A stretch of 47,719 nt of DNA from a bacterium (GTDB taxonomy: Bacteria > Elusimicrobiota > JBDRMW01): contig JBDRMW010000104.1 of assembly GCA_043811735.1 (NCBI GenBank), positions 1 through 47,719 on the forward strand. Direction: 5' to 3'. This document shows positions 27,702 through 39,161 of the stretch, one piece after another. The notes below the pieces were generated by a model. That model did no database searches. It was not told the DNA's origin and saw only the letters and a program-made list of their open reading frames with translations. How positions within the stretch are numbered: the stretch's first letter is position 1; every line of letters begins with the position of its first letter. The translations under genes and the position numbers were made by a program.

Positions 27702-28736
27702 ATGATATTGACGTTAAAGAAAAATGCCAAGGATCAGGATATAAAAAAACTGGAAGCAAAAATTAGAGAATTGGGTTTTGCTCCGCATATCGACCGCGGT
27801 AAAGTATTAACGGTCATCGGGGTGATTGGCAGCAATGCGATTGCTTCACGCGAAGTTTTTGAAGCAATGGATGCGGTTGATTCTATAAGCCCGATATCAA
27901 AACCGTATAAATTAGTAAGCAGGGAATTCCGGAAGAAAAATACGGTAATTAACATACCGCGGCCTAAAGGAACGATTGAAATCGGAGGCAAGGGAGTCGT
28001 CGTCATGGCTGGCCCCTGTTCGGTTGAATCCTTAGAGCTTCTTCTGGATATCGGTAAGGTGATACGCAACGCAGGTGCGGTCATTATCCGCGGCGGCGCG
28101 TTTAAACCGAGAACCTCACCGTATGCATTTCAAGGATTGGGAGAAAAGGGATTACAGTATCTATCGGAGGTGCGGGAAAAATTTAATGTACCGGTTATAA
28201 CCGAAGTCATGGCGCCTTCACAGGTCAAATTAGTTGAGCATTATGCTGATATTATACAGATTGGTGCGCGAAATATTCAGAATTTCGATTTATTAAAAGA
28301 AGCCGGTAAAAGCAGAAAACCGGTTATGTTAAAGCGCGGTATGGCAGCCACCATTGAAGAAACTCTTATGTCTGCTGAATATATTCTTGCACAGGGGAAT
28401 TATAATGTTATGTTGTGCGAACGAGGCATACGCACCTTTGAAACCGCCACCCGATTTACGCTGGATTTAAATGCAGTGCCGGTCTTTAAACAGCTGACTC
28501 ATTTACCGGTCATTGTTGATCCCAGTCACGGGGTGGGGGTGCGGAATTTTGTAGCAGCGATGGCTAAGGCATCAGTGACCGCAGGAGCTGACGGGCTTAT
28601 TATTGAGGTTCACACCAAACCCGAAGAAGCCAAATCTGACGGCGGACAGTCATTGTTTCCTCAGCAGTTTGTTCAATTAATGGCTGAACTTAAATCTGTC
28701 GCACATGCAGTCGGAAGGACGATCATAAAGAAATGA
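27702..28736 (+). CDS. aroF: DAHP synthase (class I-beta)
   Basis: [45 protein letters not shown]. Confidence 0.95.
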   Translation: MILTLKKNAKDQDIKKLEAKIRELGFAPHIDRGKVLTVIGVIGSNAIASREVFEAMDAVDSISPISKPYKLVSREFRKKNTVINIPRPKGTIEIGGKGVVVMAGPCSVESLELLLDIGKVIRNAGAVIIRGGAFKPRTSPYAFQGLGEKGLQYLSEVREKFNVPVITEVMAPSQVKLVEHYADIIQIGARNIQNFDLLKEAGKSRKPVMLKRGMAATIEETLMSAEYILAQGNYNVMLCERGIRTFETATRFTLDLNAVPVFKQLTHLPVIVDPSHGVGVRNFVAAMAKASVTAGADGLIIEVHTKPEEAKSDGGQSLFPQQFVQLMAELKSVAHAVGRTIIKK

Positions 28737-29581
28737 AGACCAAAAAAATTATAGCAATTTATGGATTAGGCTTAATCGGCGGATCGTTAGGCCTGGCGCT
28801 CAAACAAAAAGGATATTACCGGATTGGTATCGGCAGAAATCCCAAAAAATTAGCTGCGGCATTTACTCTGGGTGCTGCTGATATGGTTACGACTGATGTT
28901 CGTGACGGCGTGAAACATGCTGACATAGTTGTCTTAGCGCTTCCGGTTGACCGGATATCAGCAGCGCTGAATACTATTAAGCCGTGGATTAAGAAACAAA
29001 CAATCGTTACGGATGCGGGCAGCGTAAAAGGCTGTATTATGCGTGATGCGGCGCGCATACTCCCCGCTCAATTTATTGGCTCTCATCCCATGGCGGGCAG
29101 TGAGAAAAGCGGTATTCATTATGCATCAGGCTCATTGTTTAAATCTGCGGGATGTGTGGTTGTTCCGGGCACAAAAAATCCTAAAGCTCTGGCAGAGATA
29201 ACCGGTTTATGGAAACAAGCCGGCGCTGAAGTTATTGTTACTGATGCCGAGACTCATGATTATATGGTTGCGGTCTGCAGTCATATACCGCATATTCTGG
29301 CATATGCGATGATGGAATTTGTTGGAACGTTGGCAAAAGAAAATCCTTCAATTTTAAAAGTTCCTGCGGGAAGTTTCAAGGATATGACGCGGGTTGCGAT
29401 GAGCAATCCTGAGATGTGGGCGCAGATATTACAGAGCAATAAGCATCAAATAATGAGGGCATTGCGTATGTTTAATACGCATGTAAAAAACATACTATCT
29501 AGTATAGATAAAAAAAATAAATCATCCGCCATATTTAAACGCGCCGGAGATTCACGAAAAAAGATGGCTCTTCATGGATAA
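28733..29581 (+). CDS. tyrA: Prephenate dehydrogenase
   Basis: [36 protein letters not shown]. Confidence 0.94.
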   Translation: MKTKKIIAIYGLGLIGGSLGLALKQKGYYRIGIGRNPKKLAAAFTLGAADMVTTDVRDGVKHADIVVLALPVDRISAALNTIKPWIKKQTIVTDAGSVKGCIMRDAARILPAQFIGSHPMAGSEKSGIHYASGSLFKSAGCVVVPGTKNPKALAEITGLWKQAGAEVIVTDAETHDYMVAVCSHIPHILAYAMMEFVGTLAKENPSILKVPAGSFKDMTRVAMSNPEMWAQILQSNKHQIMRALRMFNTHVKNILSSIDKKNKSSAIFKRAGDSRKKMALHG

Positions 29582-30875
29582 ATCTTCAAAAAAAATAATA
29601 CCGGCAAAAAAAATAACAGGTTCTGTTCAGGTTATGCCTGATAAATCGATCACTCATCGGGCATTAATGCTTTCGGCTGTTGCGGAAGGTTCAACGATTA
29701 TTAATAATGCTTCACAAGCGCTCGATTGTGTGAGCACCAGGAACTGCCTTAAAAGCCTGGGAATAAAGATAGATTCACATGCCTCTTCTTTAAACGTTTT
29801 TGGAAAGGGACGGCAGGGGTTAAAAAAACCTAACCGCATGCTTGATGCAGGAAACTCAGGATCAACGATCCGCATGCTCTCAGGTATTCTTGCCGGCCAG
29901 GGATTTGCCGTTGAGATTAACGGGGATTCATCGCTTCAAAAACGTCCTATGAAACGTATTGTCGATCCATTGCGGTTAATGGGAGCGGTCATTACGGGAA
30001 TAAATTCATTTAATGGTAATATACTCTGCCCGCTTGCCATTAACGGCACACCTTCCCTGCAGGCTGTTGTTTGGCATATGAATGTCGCCAGCGCCCAGGT
30101 AAAAACAGCTGTTTTATTTGCGGGTATAAATGCAGCAGGCACAACCACGATAATCGAACCCTCAGCAAGCCGTGATCATACTGAGCGTATGCTTGAACTC
30201 TTTGGCTGCCCGGTTTGTAAGGTTAACAATAGCATATCTATTACGGGGCCGGTTGATTTGCGCGCCACTGAGCTTACCATCCCGGGAGATTTTTCGAGCG
30301 CTGCTTTTTTTATCGTACTGGCCAGTCTGCTTCCTGGTTCAGAGATAATCCTGCGTGATGTTGGTGTTAATACAACACGTACCGGACTTATATCCATTTT
30401 ACAAAGAATGGGTGCTGATATACGGATTATGAATCGTAAAGAGCTGGGGAACGAACCGGTTGGCGATATATACGTTACGCATCATAAACTGCATGCGACG
30501 GTTATTCAAGCCGATGAGATCCCTGCAATGATCGATGAGATACCGATCCTGGCGGTTGCTGCATCTTTAGCTCAAGGGAAAACAATTATTAAAGGAGCCG
30601 GTGAACTTAAATTTAAAGAGAGTAACCGCTTAGAAGCAATTGCGGAAGGCTTAACCCGCCTGGGTGCGGATATTCAAGTTACTGATGATGGACTTACATT
30701 ACAGGGAAAATCATCTCTGCATGGTGCTGAGGTGGATTCATATGATGATCATCGCATCGCTATGTCATTGGCGGTGGCAGCGCATTGCGCTGATTCAGTC
30801 TCTTATATTTCTCATGCGGACTGTGTGGATATTTCATTCCCCGGTTTTTGGCGGATACTAAAAAACACACGTTAA
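29574..30875 (+). CDS. aroA: EPSP synthase
   Basis: DKSITHRA, DAGNSGST, ASAQVK, RDHTERM, IDEIP, DHRIAM. Confidence 0.96.
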   Translation: MDKSSKKIIPAKKITGSVQVMPDKSITHRALMLSAVAEGSTIINNASQALDCVSTRNCLKSLGIKIDSHASSLNVFGKGRQGLKKPNRMLDAGNSGSTIRMLSGILAGQGFAVEINGDSSLQKRPMKRIVDPLRLMGAVITGINSFNGNILCPLAINGTPSLQAVVWHMNVASAQVKTAVLFAGINAAGTTTIIEPSASRDHTERMLELFGCPVCKVNNSISITGPVDLRATELTIPGDFSSAAFFIVLASLLPGSEIILRDVGVNTTRTGLISILQRMGADIRIMNRKELGNEPVGDIYVTHHKLHATVIQADEIPAMIDEIPILAVAASLAQGKTIIKGAGELKFKESNRLEAIAEGLTRLGADIQVTDDGLTLQGKSSLHGAEVDSYDDHRIAMSLAVAAHCADSVSYISHADCVDISFPGFWRILKNTR

Positions 30876-31492
30876 TGAATAAGCCTATGAGATTTATATT
30901 AAAGCACATATTGTATTGCATCGGCTGGATTTTTTTTAGAACCGTATTTACTGTTTTTTGGAGATTACGCATTACCGGCAGCGAACACGTTCCGAAGCAG
31001 GGGCCGGTAATAATCGCATCACATCATCGGTCAAATGCTGATCCTCCGGTGGTGGGAAGTTCGATTTTTCGGGAAGTTCATTTTGTTGCAAAAGAAGAGC
31101 TGTTTAAAATACCGGTTCTTAAGAGACTTATATTATGGGTAAATGGATTACCTATTAAAAGAGGCAGGCAGGATCTTAAAGCTTTTAAAAAGGCCATTCA
31201 ATTATTGAAAGACGGAAAAGTTCTCTTAATGTTCCCTGAGGGGCATCGCAATCCTCGGGATAGTTTTTTACGGCCCAAGCCGGGAGTCGGGTTTTTAGCC
31301 GGTTATACCGAAGTTCCGGTAGTGCCGGTCTTTGTGGTTAATACTGAAAAAATCCTATTTTTTAAAAAAATCTGTGTTTATTTCGGTAAACCGATGTATT
31401 TTAAAGGAGAACATGATTACCGAAAAATTGCTCAGCAGGTAATGGAAGGCATACAAGAATTAAAAGATACTATTGCCGTAAAACAGGGTTAA
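30875..31492 (+). CDS. plsC: 1-acyl-sn-glycerol-3-phosphate acyltransferase
   Basis: HRSNAD (HX4D motif), FVAKEEL, FPEG. Confidence 0.9.
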   Translation: MNKPMRFILKHILYCIGWIFFRTVFTVFWRLRITGSEHVPKQGPVIIASHHRSNADPPVVGSSIFREVHFVAKEELFKIPVLKRLILWVNGLPIKRGRQDLKAFKKAIQLLKDGKVLLMFPEGHRNPRDSFLRPKPGVGFLAGYTEVPVVPVFVVNTEKILFFKKICVYFGKPMYFKGEHDYRKIAQQVMEGIQELKDTIAVKQG

Positions 31493-31552
31493 TCGAAAGG
31501 AACATCTGTCTTGAATACGAAAAATATCAATAATAAAAATGGAGAAAATAAC

Positions 31553-33253
31553 ATGGAACAGACCGAAACCGCAGAAGAATTAAGCATGGCAGAACTTCTT
31601 AAAACCGAAGATAAGTCCCTGCGTGATGATATTAAACAAGGAGAAATAATCTTAGTTAAAATTGCAGCGATAACCAATGAATCAGTCTTGGTTGATGTTG
31701 GCATGAAATCTGAAGGGTCAATCCCTAAGATTGAATTTAAATCGGACTATCTTGCCACGCTTAACGTTGGTGATAGTATCCCGGTATTCTTAACAAATTT
31801 ACATTCTCGTGATGGATCACCTGATGTTTCATTCAGAAAAGCCTATGAGATAAGCATGTGGGGGAAAATTGAAAAAGATTGTAAAGACCATATAATTGTT
31901 GAGGGGAAAATAACCAAACGGATCAAAGGCGGATTTATAGTAGATATTGGAATAGAAGCGTTTATGCCGTCATCACAGCTTGATATGCGTCCGGTCAGAA
32001 ATCAAGATGTGTGGGTGGGAAAAAAGATACAATGTCTCATTACTGAAGCTGACCGTCGTAAAAATAATGTGGTTGTATCGCGCAGAAAAATCGAAGAAAA
32101 AAATAAGCAGATTATAAAAGATGAAATTCTTGCGCGCACCACCATCGGCGATGTGGTGGCCGGGAAGATAACCGGAATAACGAAATTCGGTGCGTTTGTT
32201 GATATCGGCGGTATTGAAGGATTGCTTCATGTGGGCAATATTTCCTGGTACCGCATTAATAATATTAACCAGGTCCTTCATGTAGGTGATACGGTTAAAG
32301 TGAAAATCTTGAGTATTGAAAATGACGGGAATAAAATTTCTCTGGGGAAAAAACAGCTTGAACCTCATCCCTGGGAAGGGGTTGAAGAACGGTTTGAAAT
32401 AGGCAGTATCAGGGAAGGAAAGGTTGCATCAGTTACTAATTTCGGGGTATTTGTTGAGCTTGAACCCGGGGTTGAGGGTCTCGTGCATGCAACAGAGATG
32501 TCCTGGAAAGATAAAAATACTGATCCCCGCAGATTATTTTCTGCCGGCAAACCGGTAAAGGTCAAGATTCTTTCTCTTAATCGAAAATCTGAAAAAATAT
32601 CCCTTTCCATTAAAAAAACCGAAGAAAGCCCCTGGGAGAAAGCAAAAGCATTGTACAAACCTAAAAGCAGGGTGACGGGTACAGTTTCGCATCTGACACC
32701 TTTTGGTGCATTTGTTATGCTGCCGCTCGGTATCGAAGGACTTATACATATTTCTGATATGGTGTGGATCCGGAAAATTAAGCATTCTGGGGAAATCGTA
32801 AAAAAAGGCCAGGAGATAGAGGCTGTAGTTCTTGAAGTTAATGTAAAGGAAGAAAAGATTTCATTAGGTTTAAAACAATTGACCGAAGATCCATACGCTA
32901 AATACAAAGTAGGAAAGCATGTTGAGGGCAGGGTAAAAAAGCTGACGGGATTTGGTGCGGTCATTGAACTGGAGCGTCATATTGATGCATTTGTCCATGT
33001 TTCTGAAATGCTTTCTCCGAATACCGACCCGATGAGTAAAAAAAATATTAAGATCACCGATCCGGCGGAGATTCTAAAAATGGGTGAGCATATTCATGCG
33101 AAAATCCTTCGGGTGAATCGTGATGAGCGAAAGATAGACTTGTCTATTAAGAAGTATGAAAAAGAAATAGAAAAGCGGGAAATGCAGAAATATATGAACA
33201 ATAAAACACGGTTGACCTTAGGCGACCTGCTGAACCAAAACGAAGAAGAATAG
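31553..33253 (+). CDS. rpsA: 30S ribosomal protein S1
   Basis: Six S1 repeats (FGAFVDIGGIEGLLH, FGVFVELEPGVEGLVH and others); GGAG RBS. Confidence 0.96.
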   Translation: MEQTETAEELSMAELLKTEDKSLRDDIKQGEIILVKIAAITNESVLVDVGMKSEGSIPKIEFKSDYLATLNVGDSIPVFLTNLHSRDGSPDVSFRKAYEISMWGKIEKDCKDHIIVEGKITKRIKGGFIVDIGIEAFMPSSQLDMRPVRNQDVWVGKKIQCLITEADRRKNNVVVSRRKIEEKNKQIIKDEILARTTIGDVVAGKITGITKFGAFVDIGGIEGLLHVGNISWYRINNINQVLHVGDTVKVKILSIENDGNKISLGKKQLEPHPWEGVEERFEIGSIREGKVASVTNFGVFVELEPGVEGLVHATEMSWKDKNTDPRRLFSAGKPVKVKILSLNRKSEKISLSIKKTEESPWEKAKALYKPKSRVTGTVSHLTPFGAFVMLPLGIEGLIHISDMVWIRKIKHSGEIVKKGQEIEAVVLEVNVKEEKISLGLKQLTEDPYAKYKVGKHVEGRVKKLTGFGAVIELERHIDAFVHVSEMLSPNTDPMSKKNIKITDPAEILKMGEHIHAKILRVNRDERKIDLSIKKYEKEIEKREMQKYMNNKTRLTLGDLLNQNEEE

Positions 33254-33280
33254 TTTAAATATACTGCCGGTACCATATGC

Positions 33281-36127
33281 ATGAGAAAAATAAGTATATA
33301 TTTCCTGATTGTTTGTATATGCAGCCCTGCGGGGCGTAGTTATTGTGCATCATACAATAAACAGAGGGTGAGATCGTTTGATTGGCATATCGTTGAAACA
33401 GATAATTTTTATCTGTATTATTATGATTCGTCAGAACCTCTGCTGGAAGATGCAATTGTCTATATAGAAAAATCATATCAAAAACTTATTGATTTCTACC
33501 AGATACAGCCGCAGAAAGAAAAAATCCCTTTCTTTCTATTTGCGGAACATAACGAATTCGAGCAGACCAACATCGTAAGTATCGGCGAGGGGACCGGCGG
33601 GGTAACTGAAGCCTTTAAAAACAGGCTTTTGGTATTTAATGATGGATCAAAGCGATGGCTGGAAAATGTAATCACTCATGAGATGACTCATATAATGCAG
33701 TTTTATATTTTGTACGGAGGATTTTGGAGATCCGTCCGGCTCCTGAAAAGTTTTTTTTATCCATTATGGGTAATGGAAGGGCTTGCCGAATATGGAACCG
33801 GTGAGCTTGACCGCACAACCAGGGAAATGTATATTCGTGATGCCGCAACCTCGGGCGGTCTTATTCCCCTGCAGCATCTGCACAATTTTAACCATCTTAA
33901 ACCCCACCAGATTACCCTCGCATATAAAGAATCAGAGATGGCTATGCGTTTTTTGGCAGATGAGTACGGGGTGCAAAAAATCATTAATATATTGCGGTCA
34001 TTCAAAGCGCGGTTTGATTCACATACGGTACTTACCGAATTGATCGGAACAGATCTTTTTGGGCTAAGTAAAAAATTTATTGAACGTTTGGAAGAAGAAT
34101 ATGAGGTAATATCCTCATCCATGACTGAGCCGGAAGTCTACGGCAGGCGGATAACGCCGTTATGCAGCGTCCCGGTCTTTAATACGAGCCCGGTATTTAC
34201 CCCTGACGGGGATGAGATCTTGTACATGACCGATACCAAAGGATATGAAGAAATTTATGCATATAATATTGCTGAGGATAAACATGTACTGGTCTTGGGC
34301 CAGAAACCATCCGGGTTTGAATATATGGGTACGCGGGAAAGAGCATTTTCGATAAGCCCGTCAGGAAGGTATATAGCTTTTGCTGCAGAGAAAAAGCAAA
34401 AAGACTTTATTTTTATATTTGATCGAACAAAGCATAAACTTAAAAAACTTAAGACCGATTTATCGCATGTTGCCTCACCGGTATTTTCTCCAGACGGCAA
34501 AACCATTGCTTTTAAAGGCATGAAAGACGGGATTACGGATTTATATGTGATTGATATTGATTCGAAAAAATCTATGCAGTTAACACATGATGTTTCTGAT
34601 GACCGGTATCCTGCATATATGCCGGACGGCAAGAGTATCGTGTATAGTAAAGAAATCCGCCGGCCTGAGGGAGAACTTGCGTATGCGCGGGATTTATATC
34701 GGTTTGATATTGAGACCGGCACTGATGAACCGATTCTTTCATTACCCGGCGATGAAAATTACCCTTCAATTTCTCCCGATGGAGCCCGCATTTATTTTAT
34801 TAATGACCAGCATGATGTTTTTGATATGTATTATTTTGATTTAACAACCAAGGAAGTAAAACAGCTTTCCCATATAATAGGGGGAAATTTTTCTCCTTCA
34901 CTCTCGCCTGATGGCTCACAGATGGTCTTTTCATCATTTAGGAACGGGAATATGCATGTGTATGTTTCTAACGATAGTCAGATTCCGGAGATCGCCGTGC
35001 TTCCTGAACAATCTGAAGATATATTCTTGGTAAGCCTGGATTCTGCGTTGACTGAACAGTATCATATTGAAGCACCGGAAGTAATCGATAGCCTGTCCTA
35101 TACGTTTAATGCGTCGACGGACCTCTTCTTCCCGGTCCTCTTTTACTCTTCGTTAGACGGTCTTTTTGCGCAAATATATTATCAGGCTTCCGAAATGCTC
35201 GGCAACCATCAGATGTCAACTAATGTCGGATATGCTTCGGGCGATAATTTTTTAAATTATGATTTTATCTACGGGTATTCAAAATTTAAACCGCAGTTCT
35301 TTGCGGGGGCTTCCGGCAGGAACTATTATGAAGATTTTGATGAAACCGAGCGTCGTACCCGTCATGCTCAATTCGGCGGCGCATCGTATCCATTAAACCG
35401 TTTTGCAAGTATCAGTGTGCAGTCAGGAACGGTTGAACGGACAACGCGGTATGCTGATTTACAAAATTTAAAAATCCGGGAACGGGAAAATTTTATCGCC
35501 GGATCATTGTTGTATGATATTACGTCGGGAAAATATCTGGAGATAAGAAGAGGGTACAGTCTGCGCGCGTCATATGAATATTCTAATGAAACGTTTTTTG
35601 ACAGCGACTATGATTATCGCACTCATATGTTTGAGGGCAAACAATATGCGGCATTAGGTATTTCAACTTTTTATCTGCGTTTGCTGGGGGGGGTAAGTTT
35701 TGGCGCAAATCCCGGCGATTTTAGGTTAGGCGGGGTTGATCGGGTGCGTGGTTTTTCGCGGGGCTCAGATGAATATAAAGCACCGCGGGCAATTATGGGG
35801 AATCTTGAATGGAGAATACCATTGGCCAATCTTAATTATTATATGTGGTATTTATTTCCCGATTTCTTTTTTAAACGAATGACCGGCGTGCTGTTTACTG
35901 ATGCAGGTTTTGTCTGGGATACGAGAGACGAGCTTACGTCCTTTGGGCATAAAGATATGCTGCATTCCGCCGGTATTGGCCTCAGATTTTTTACATTTCT
36001 GCTGCAGACATTCAGGCTGGATTTAAGTTTCGATTGGGCAAAACGGACAACTGACGGCAAAGATATATTCTATTTTTCTTTCGGCCCTGAATTTTATCTT
36101 CCTGCTTCGATTGAAAATGGTTTATAA
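33281..36127 (+). CDS. Metallopeptidase (HEXXH) - TolB-like beta-propeller (PD40) - Omp85/BamA-like barrel fusion
   Basis: HEMTH..PLWVMEGLAEY; repeated P.FSPDG motifs; FRLGGVDRVRGF and SAGIGLRF barrel motifs. Confidence 0.82.
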   Translation: MRKISIYFLIVCICSPAGRSYCASYNKQRVRSFDWHIVETDNFYLYYYDSSEPLLEDAIVYIEKSYQKLIDFYQIQPQKEKIPFFLFAEHNEFEQTNIVSIGEGTGGVTEAFKNRLLVFNDGSKRWLENVITHEMTHIMQFYILYGGFWRSVRLLKSFFYPLWVMEGLAEYGTGELDRTTREMYIRDAATSGGLIPLQHLHNFNHLKPHQITLAYKESEMAMRFLADEYGVQKIINILRSFKARFDSHTVLTELIGTDLFGLSKKFIERLEEEYEVISSSMTEPEVYGRRITPLCSVPVFNTSPVFTPDGDEILYMTDTKGYEEIYAYNIAEDKHVLVLGQKPSGFEYMGTRERAFSISPSGRYIAFAAEKKQKDFIFIFDRTKHKLKKLKTDLSHVASPVFSPDGKTIAFKGMKDGITDLYVIDIDSKKSMQLTHDVSDDRYPAYMPDGKSIVYSKEIRRPEGELAYARDLYRFDIETGTDEPILSLPGDENYPSISPDGARIYFINDQHDVFDMYYFDLTTKEVKQLSHIIGGNFSPSLSPDGSQMVFSSFRNGNMHVYVSNDSQIPEIAVLPEQSEDIFLVSLDSALTEQYHIEAPEVIDSLSYTFNASTDLFFPVLFYSSLDGLFAQIYYQASEMLGNHQMSTNVGYASGDNFLNYDFIYGYSKFKPQFFAGASGRNYYEDFDETERRTRHAQFGGASYPLNRFASISVQSGTVERTTRYADLQNLKIRERENFIAGSLLYDITSGKYLEIRRGYSLRASYEYSNETFFDSDYDYRTHMFEGKQYAALGISTFYLRLLGGVSFGANPGDFRLGGVDRVRGFSRGSDEYKAPRAIMGNLEWRIPLANLNYYMWYLFPDFFFKRMTGVLFTDAGFVWDTRDELTSFGHKDMLHSAGIGLRFFTFLLQTFRLDLSFDWAKRTTDGKDIFYFSFGPEFYLPASIENGL

Positions 36128-36150
36128 GCTAATGTATAATAATACTTTAT

Positions 36151-38268
36151 ATGCAGCGTAGAACCTTTTATCTGTTAAGTGTATTGTTTCTGGTTATTCT
36201 TATATCCGGTTCAGTTGAATTTCGAAAATTCTTATCGGATGTACCGGATATTTCACAGCTGGATACCTATATTCCCTCATTGGTTACCAAAGTTTATGAC
36301 CGGAATAATCAATTAATCTCAGAACTTTTTGCTGAAAAAAGAACATTAATCCCGTTGTCTCAACTGCCCGTAGACCTGCAAAATGCGATTATATCAATTG
36401 AAGATACCCAATTTTTTGAGCATTGGGGAATCAATATTAAAGCTATTGTTCGTGCATTTATAAAAAACACATTAGCCGGCCATGTGGTTGAAGGCGGGTC
36501 AACTATTACTCAGCAGTTAGCGAAAGTATTGTTTTTAACGCGTGAGCGGACTGTATCCCGTAAAATTAAAGAATTAATCCTTTCTTTGCAGCTTGAATAT
36601 TTCTTTACCAAAGAAGAGATTCTCCAATTGTATTTAAATCAAATATACCTCGGTCATGGAGCCTATGGGGTTCAAGCAGCTTCAAAATGGTATTTTAACA
36701 AGCATGTACAGGAATTGACCCTTGGTGAATGTGCGTATCTGGCAGGACTTCCCCGGGCGCCTAATCGATACTCAATGTTTAAATATCCTGAGCGGGCAGC
36801 GCAAAGGCGTTCAGTGGTGCTGCGCCGGATGAGAGAACTGGGTTTTATCTCTCCTCGTGAAGAAAATGAAGCGCTTATGATTCGCTTAAATTCCGACCGG
36901 CCTGATGTGCCGGAAAAAGTCGCTTCATATTTTGTTGAATACGTACGGCTGCAGCTTGAACCTGCTTATGGATCTGATATGATTTACCGGGGAGGTTTAT
37001 CAATTTATACTACTCTTGATTTTGAAATGCAAAAAATTGCAAAGGATGAATATGATTCATATTTAGCCGAGCTTGACCTTTCCTTTGTGGAACAGGCGTT
37101 ACAAGATCGTGAAAAGCTGAATCTTTCCGAAGAAGAATTAGCTGAACTGCCGGAAATATCAACTGCCACATTGCGGTTACAAGGAGCGCTTCTTGCGTTA
37201 GATGTGCGTACCCGGGGGATTTTAAGCATGATTGGCGGAAGAGATTTTCAGGAGAGCCAGTTTAACCGGGCCGTACAGGCACAACGCCAGCCCGGATCAA
37301 CCTTTAAACCATTTATCTGGATGGCTGCACTTCAGGAAGGATATACTGCAAGCACGATTGTTGATGATATGCCGATTCCTTTTTATATGAACAGCCGTGC
37401 GGGAACCATGGTTAATAAATCACCGCAGGCATACAGAATAGCTTTTTCATCTTCATCCTGGGAAAAAGGTTCTGTCTGGGTGCCGCAGAATTATGATTAT
37501 AAGTATTTGGGGCCCGTGACGTTGCGCAAAGGTCTTGAACAATCAAGGAATCTCGTATCCATACGGCTTATGCACACAATTAATCTTAAAAGACCGATTG
37601 ATATAGCATATGCCCTTGGTATCAGAAGCCCGCTTGAGCCGGTTCTTTCATTAGCATTAGGGACTTCCGTGGTGAATCTGCTTGAATTGGTATCATCGTT
37701 CAGCACGCTCTCAAACGGAGGTATTTATGTAACCCCGTATTCTATTCGAAAGGTGGTAGATAATGAAGGAAGAGTACTGGAAGAAAATATTCCTTTTGAA
37801 CAGGAAGTATTTCCTGCGGTGGATGCATATCTGATGGTCAATCTTATGCAGGGAGTGGTTAAACGGGGAACTGCCCGCAGAGCACGGATTCTTCAACGGT
37901 TAATTGCAGGTAAAACAGGAACTTCACAGGAATGGCGGGATCTCTGGTTTATCGGATATACGCCGGAAGTTGCGGCAGGTGTTTGGCTGGGGTACGATGA
38001 TTTTAAGCCCATAAATGAAGGTCATCAGGTAAGCTCAAGCATGGCGGTACAGCTTTTTGTAAATTATATGAAACGAGCGCTTAAAAATAGACCTGAAACA
38101 GATTTTCGTGTTCCTGAGGGAGTTGTATTTATCAAGATTGATGCACAAACAGGTCTTTTAGCATTAAGAGATTGTCCGGATGTTATTTTAGAAGCCTACC
38201 GAAGAGGAGAGGAACCGACTGAGTTCTGCAATGTTAACCATGCCCTGGAAAAGAAACCTGCCCGATAA
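36151..38268 (+). CDS. Class A penicillin-binding protein (PBP1A family)
   Basis: Transglycosylase EDTQFFEHWG and GGSTITQQLAK; transpeptidase STFK, SRN and KTG. Confidence 0.94.
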   Translation: MQRRTFYLLSVLFLVILISGSVEFRKFLSDVPDISQLDTYIPSLVTKVYDRNNQLISELFAEKRTLIPLSQLPVDLQNAIISIEDTQFFEHWGINIKAIVRAFIKNTLAGHVVEGGSTITQQLAKVLFLTRERTVSRKIKELILSLQLEYFFTKEEILQLYLNQIYLGHGAYGVQAASKWYFNKHVQELTLGECAYLAGLPRAPNRYSMFKYPERAAQRRSVVLRRMRELGFISPREENEALMIRLNSDRPDVPEKVASYFVEYVRLQLEPAYGSDMIYRGGLSIYTTLDFEMQKIAKDEYDSYLAELDLSFVEQALQDREKLNLSEEELAELPEISTATLRLQGALLALDVRTRGILSMIGGRDFQESQFNRAVQAQRQPGSTFKPFIWMAALQEGYTASTIVDDMPIPFYMNSRAGTMVNKSPQAYRIAFSSSSWEKGSVWVPQNYDYKYLGPVTLRKGLEQSRNLVSIRLMHTINLKRPIDIAYALGIRSPLEPVLSLALGTSVVNLLELVSSFSTLSNGGIYVTPYSIRKVVDNEGRVLEENIPFEQEVFPAVDAYLMVNLMQGVVKRGTARRARILQRLIAGKTGTSQEWRDLWFIGYTPEVAAGVWLGYDDFKPINEGHQVSSSMAVQLFVNYMKRALKNRPETDFRVPEGVVFIKIDAQTGLLALRDCPDVILEAYRRGEEPTEFCNVNHALEKKPAR

Positions 38269-38282
38269 CAGAACGATTGGTT

Positions 38283-39014
38283 TTATTCAATTTCTTCCAT
38301 TACTTTAAGAACACCGGTGATATGTTTTTTCTTATCAAAAATAGGGTTAATCGTACATCTAATTTTTCGGTTGATGCCGTTACAATGTATATATCTAAGC
38401 TGGATATGTTGTTTTCCGTTTTTAAGGGTTTTTTCTACGGCACATTCATGACAGATCTTCTCCTGCGGAGGCGTACAGAAGACATGAAAGCACCGGGGGG
38501 TTTCTGAAATGTGCATCTCCGGGAACCATTCTTGTATCTGCTTATTAACCTCAATTATTTCCATTTCCGAGCTTATAACAGCTATACCAAACGGAATATT
38601 ATCCATTATGGTGTGATATTGATTTTCTATTTGTTTTTTTTGTTTATCAGCTTCAATTTTTTCTACCGCCTGGCGAACCCTGAATTTAAGTTCAGCGGTA
38701 TCAAACGGTTTCAGCATGTAATCATAAATGCCGCAGCGGATCGCTTCAACCGCTGATTCAACGGACGAATGTGCGGTAACCAGTATAAATTTAATATCCC
38801 GATTCATATTCCGGGATGCTTTAAGTACATTGATCCCGGTCGTATCCCCTAAATTCATATCACATACTACAATATCATACAATTGTTTCAACAGGATATC
38901 TAATGCTTCCGTACCGTTGTGCGCGGTATCAATGATATACCCTTCATCAGAAAGTGCAAGTTTTATGGTTTCAAGCACTGTTTCGTCATCTTCTGCAATT
39001 AGAACTCTAATCAT
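38283..39014 (-). CDS. Response regulator receiver + PAS domain protein with no output domain
   Basis: LIAEDD..DIVVCD..VTAH..DYMLKPF, then a PAS-like region IMDNIPFGIAVI..CF..C..C. Confidence 0.85.
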   Translation of the reverse strand: MIRVLIAEDDETVLETIKLALSDEGYIIDTAHNGTEALDILLKQLYDIVVCDMNLGDTTGINVLKASRNMNRDIKFILVTAHSSVESAVEAIRCGIYDYMLKPFDTAELKFRVRQAVEKIEADKQKKQIENQYHTIMDNIPFGIAVISSEMEIIEVNKQIQEWFPEMHISETPRCFHVFCTPPQEKICHECAVEKTLKNGKQHIQLRYIHCNGINRKIRCTINPIFDKKKHITGVLKVMEEIE

Positions 39015-39161
39015 ATTATAGGCCGCTTATAAAATAAATTTTACTCATTATAAGTATAAGGATTTATGTAAGAATATCAATAGTTTATTGTTCGTGCGTA
39101 ATGTTATAAAATTTGGTAAAATAATCACGTATGTAGGAAGATATCTTTTTGGGAGGAATGC

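Noticed and set aside
39088-39161. ORF-track start (TTG 39088) for TlpA
   Set aside because: No RBS and an implausible N-terminus; the RBS, ATG 39162 and signal peptide in the adjacent frame fit better.
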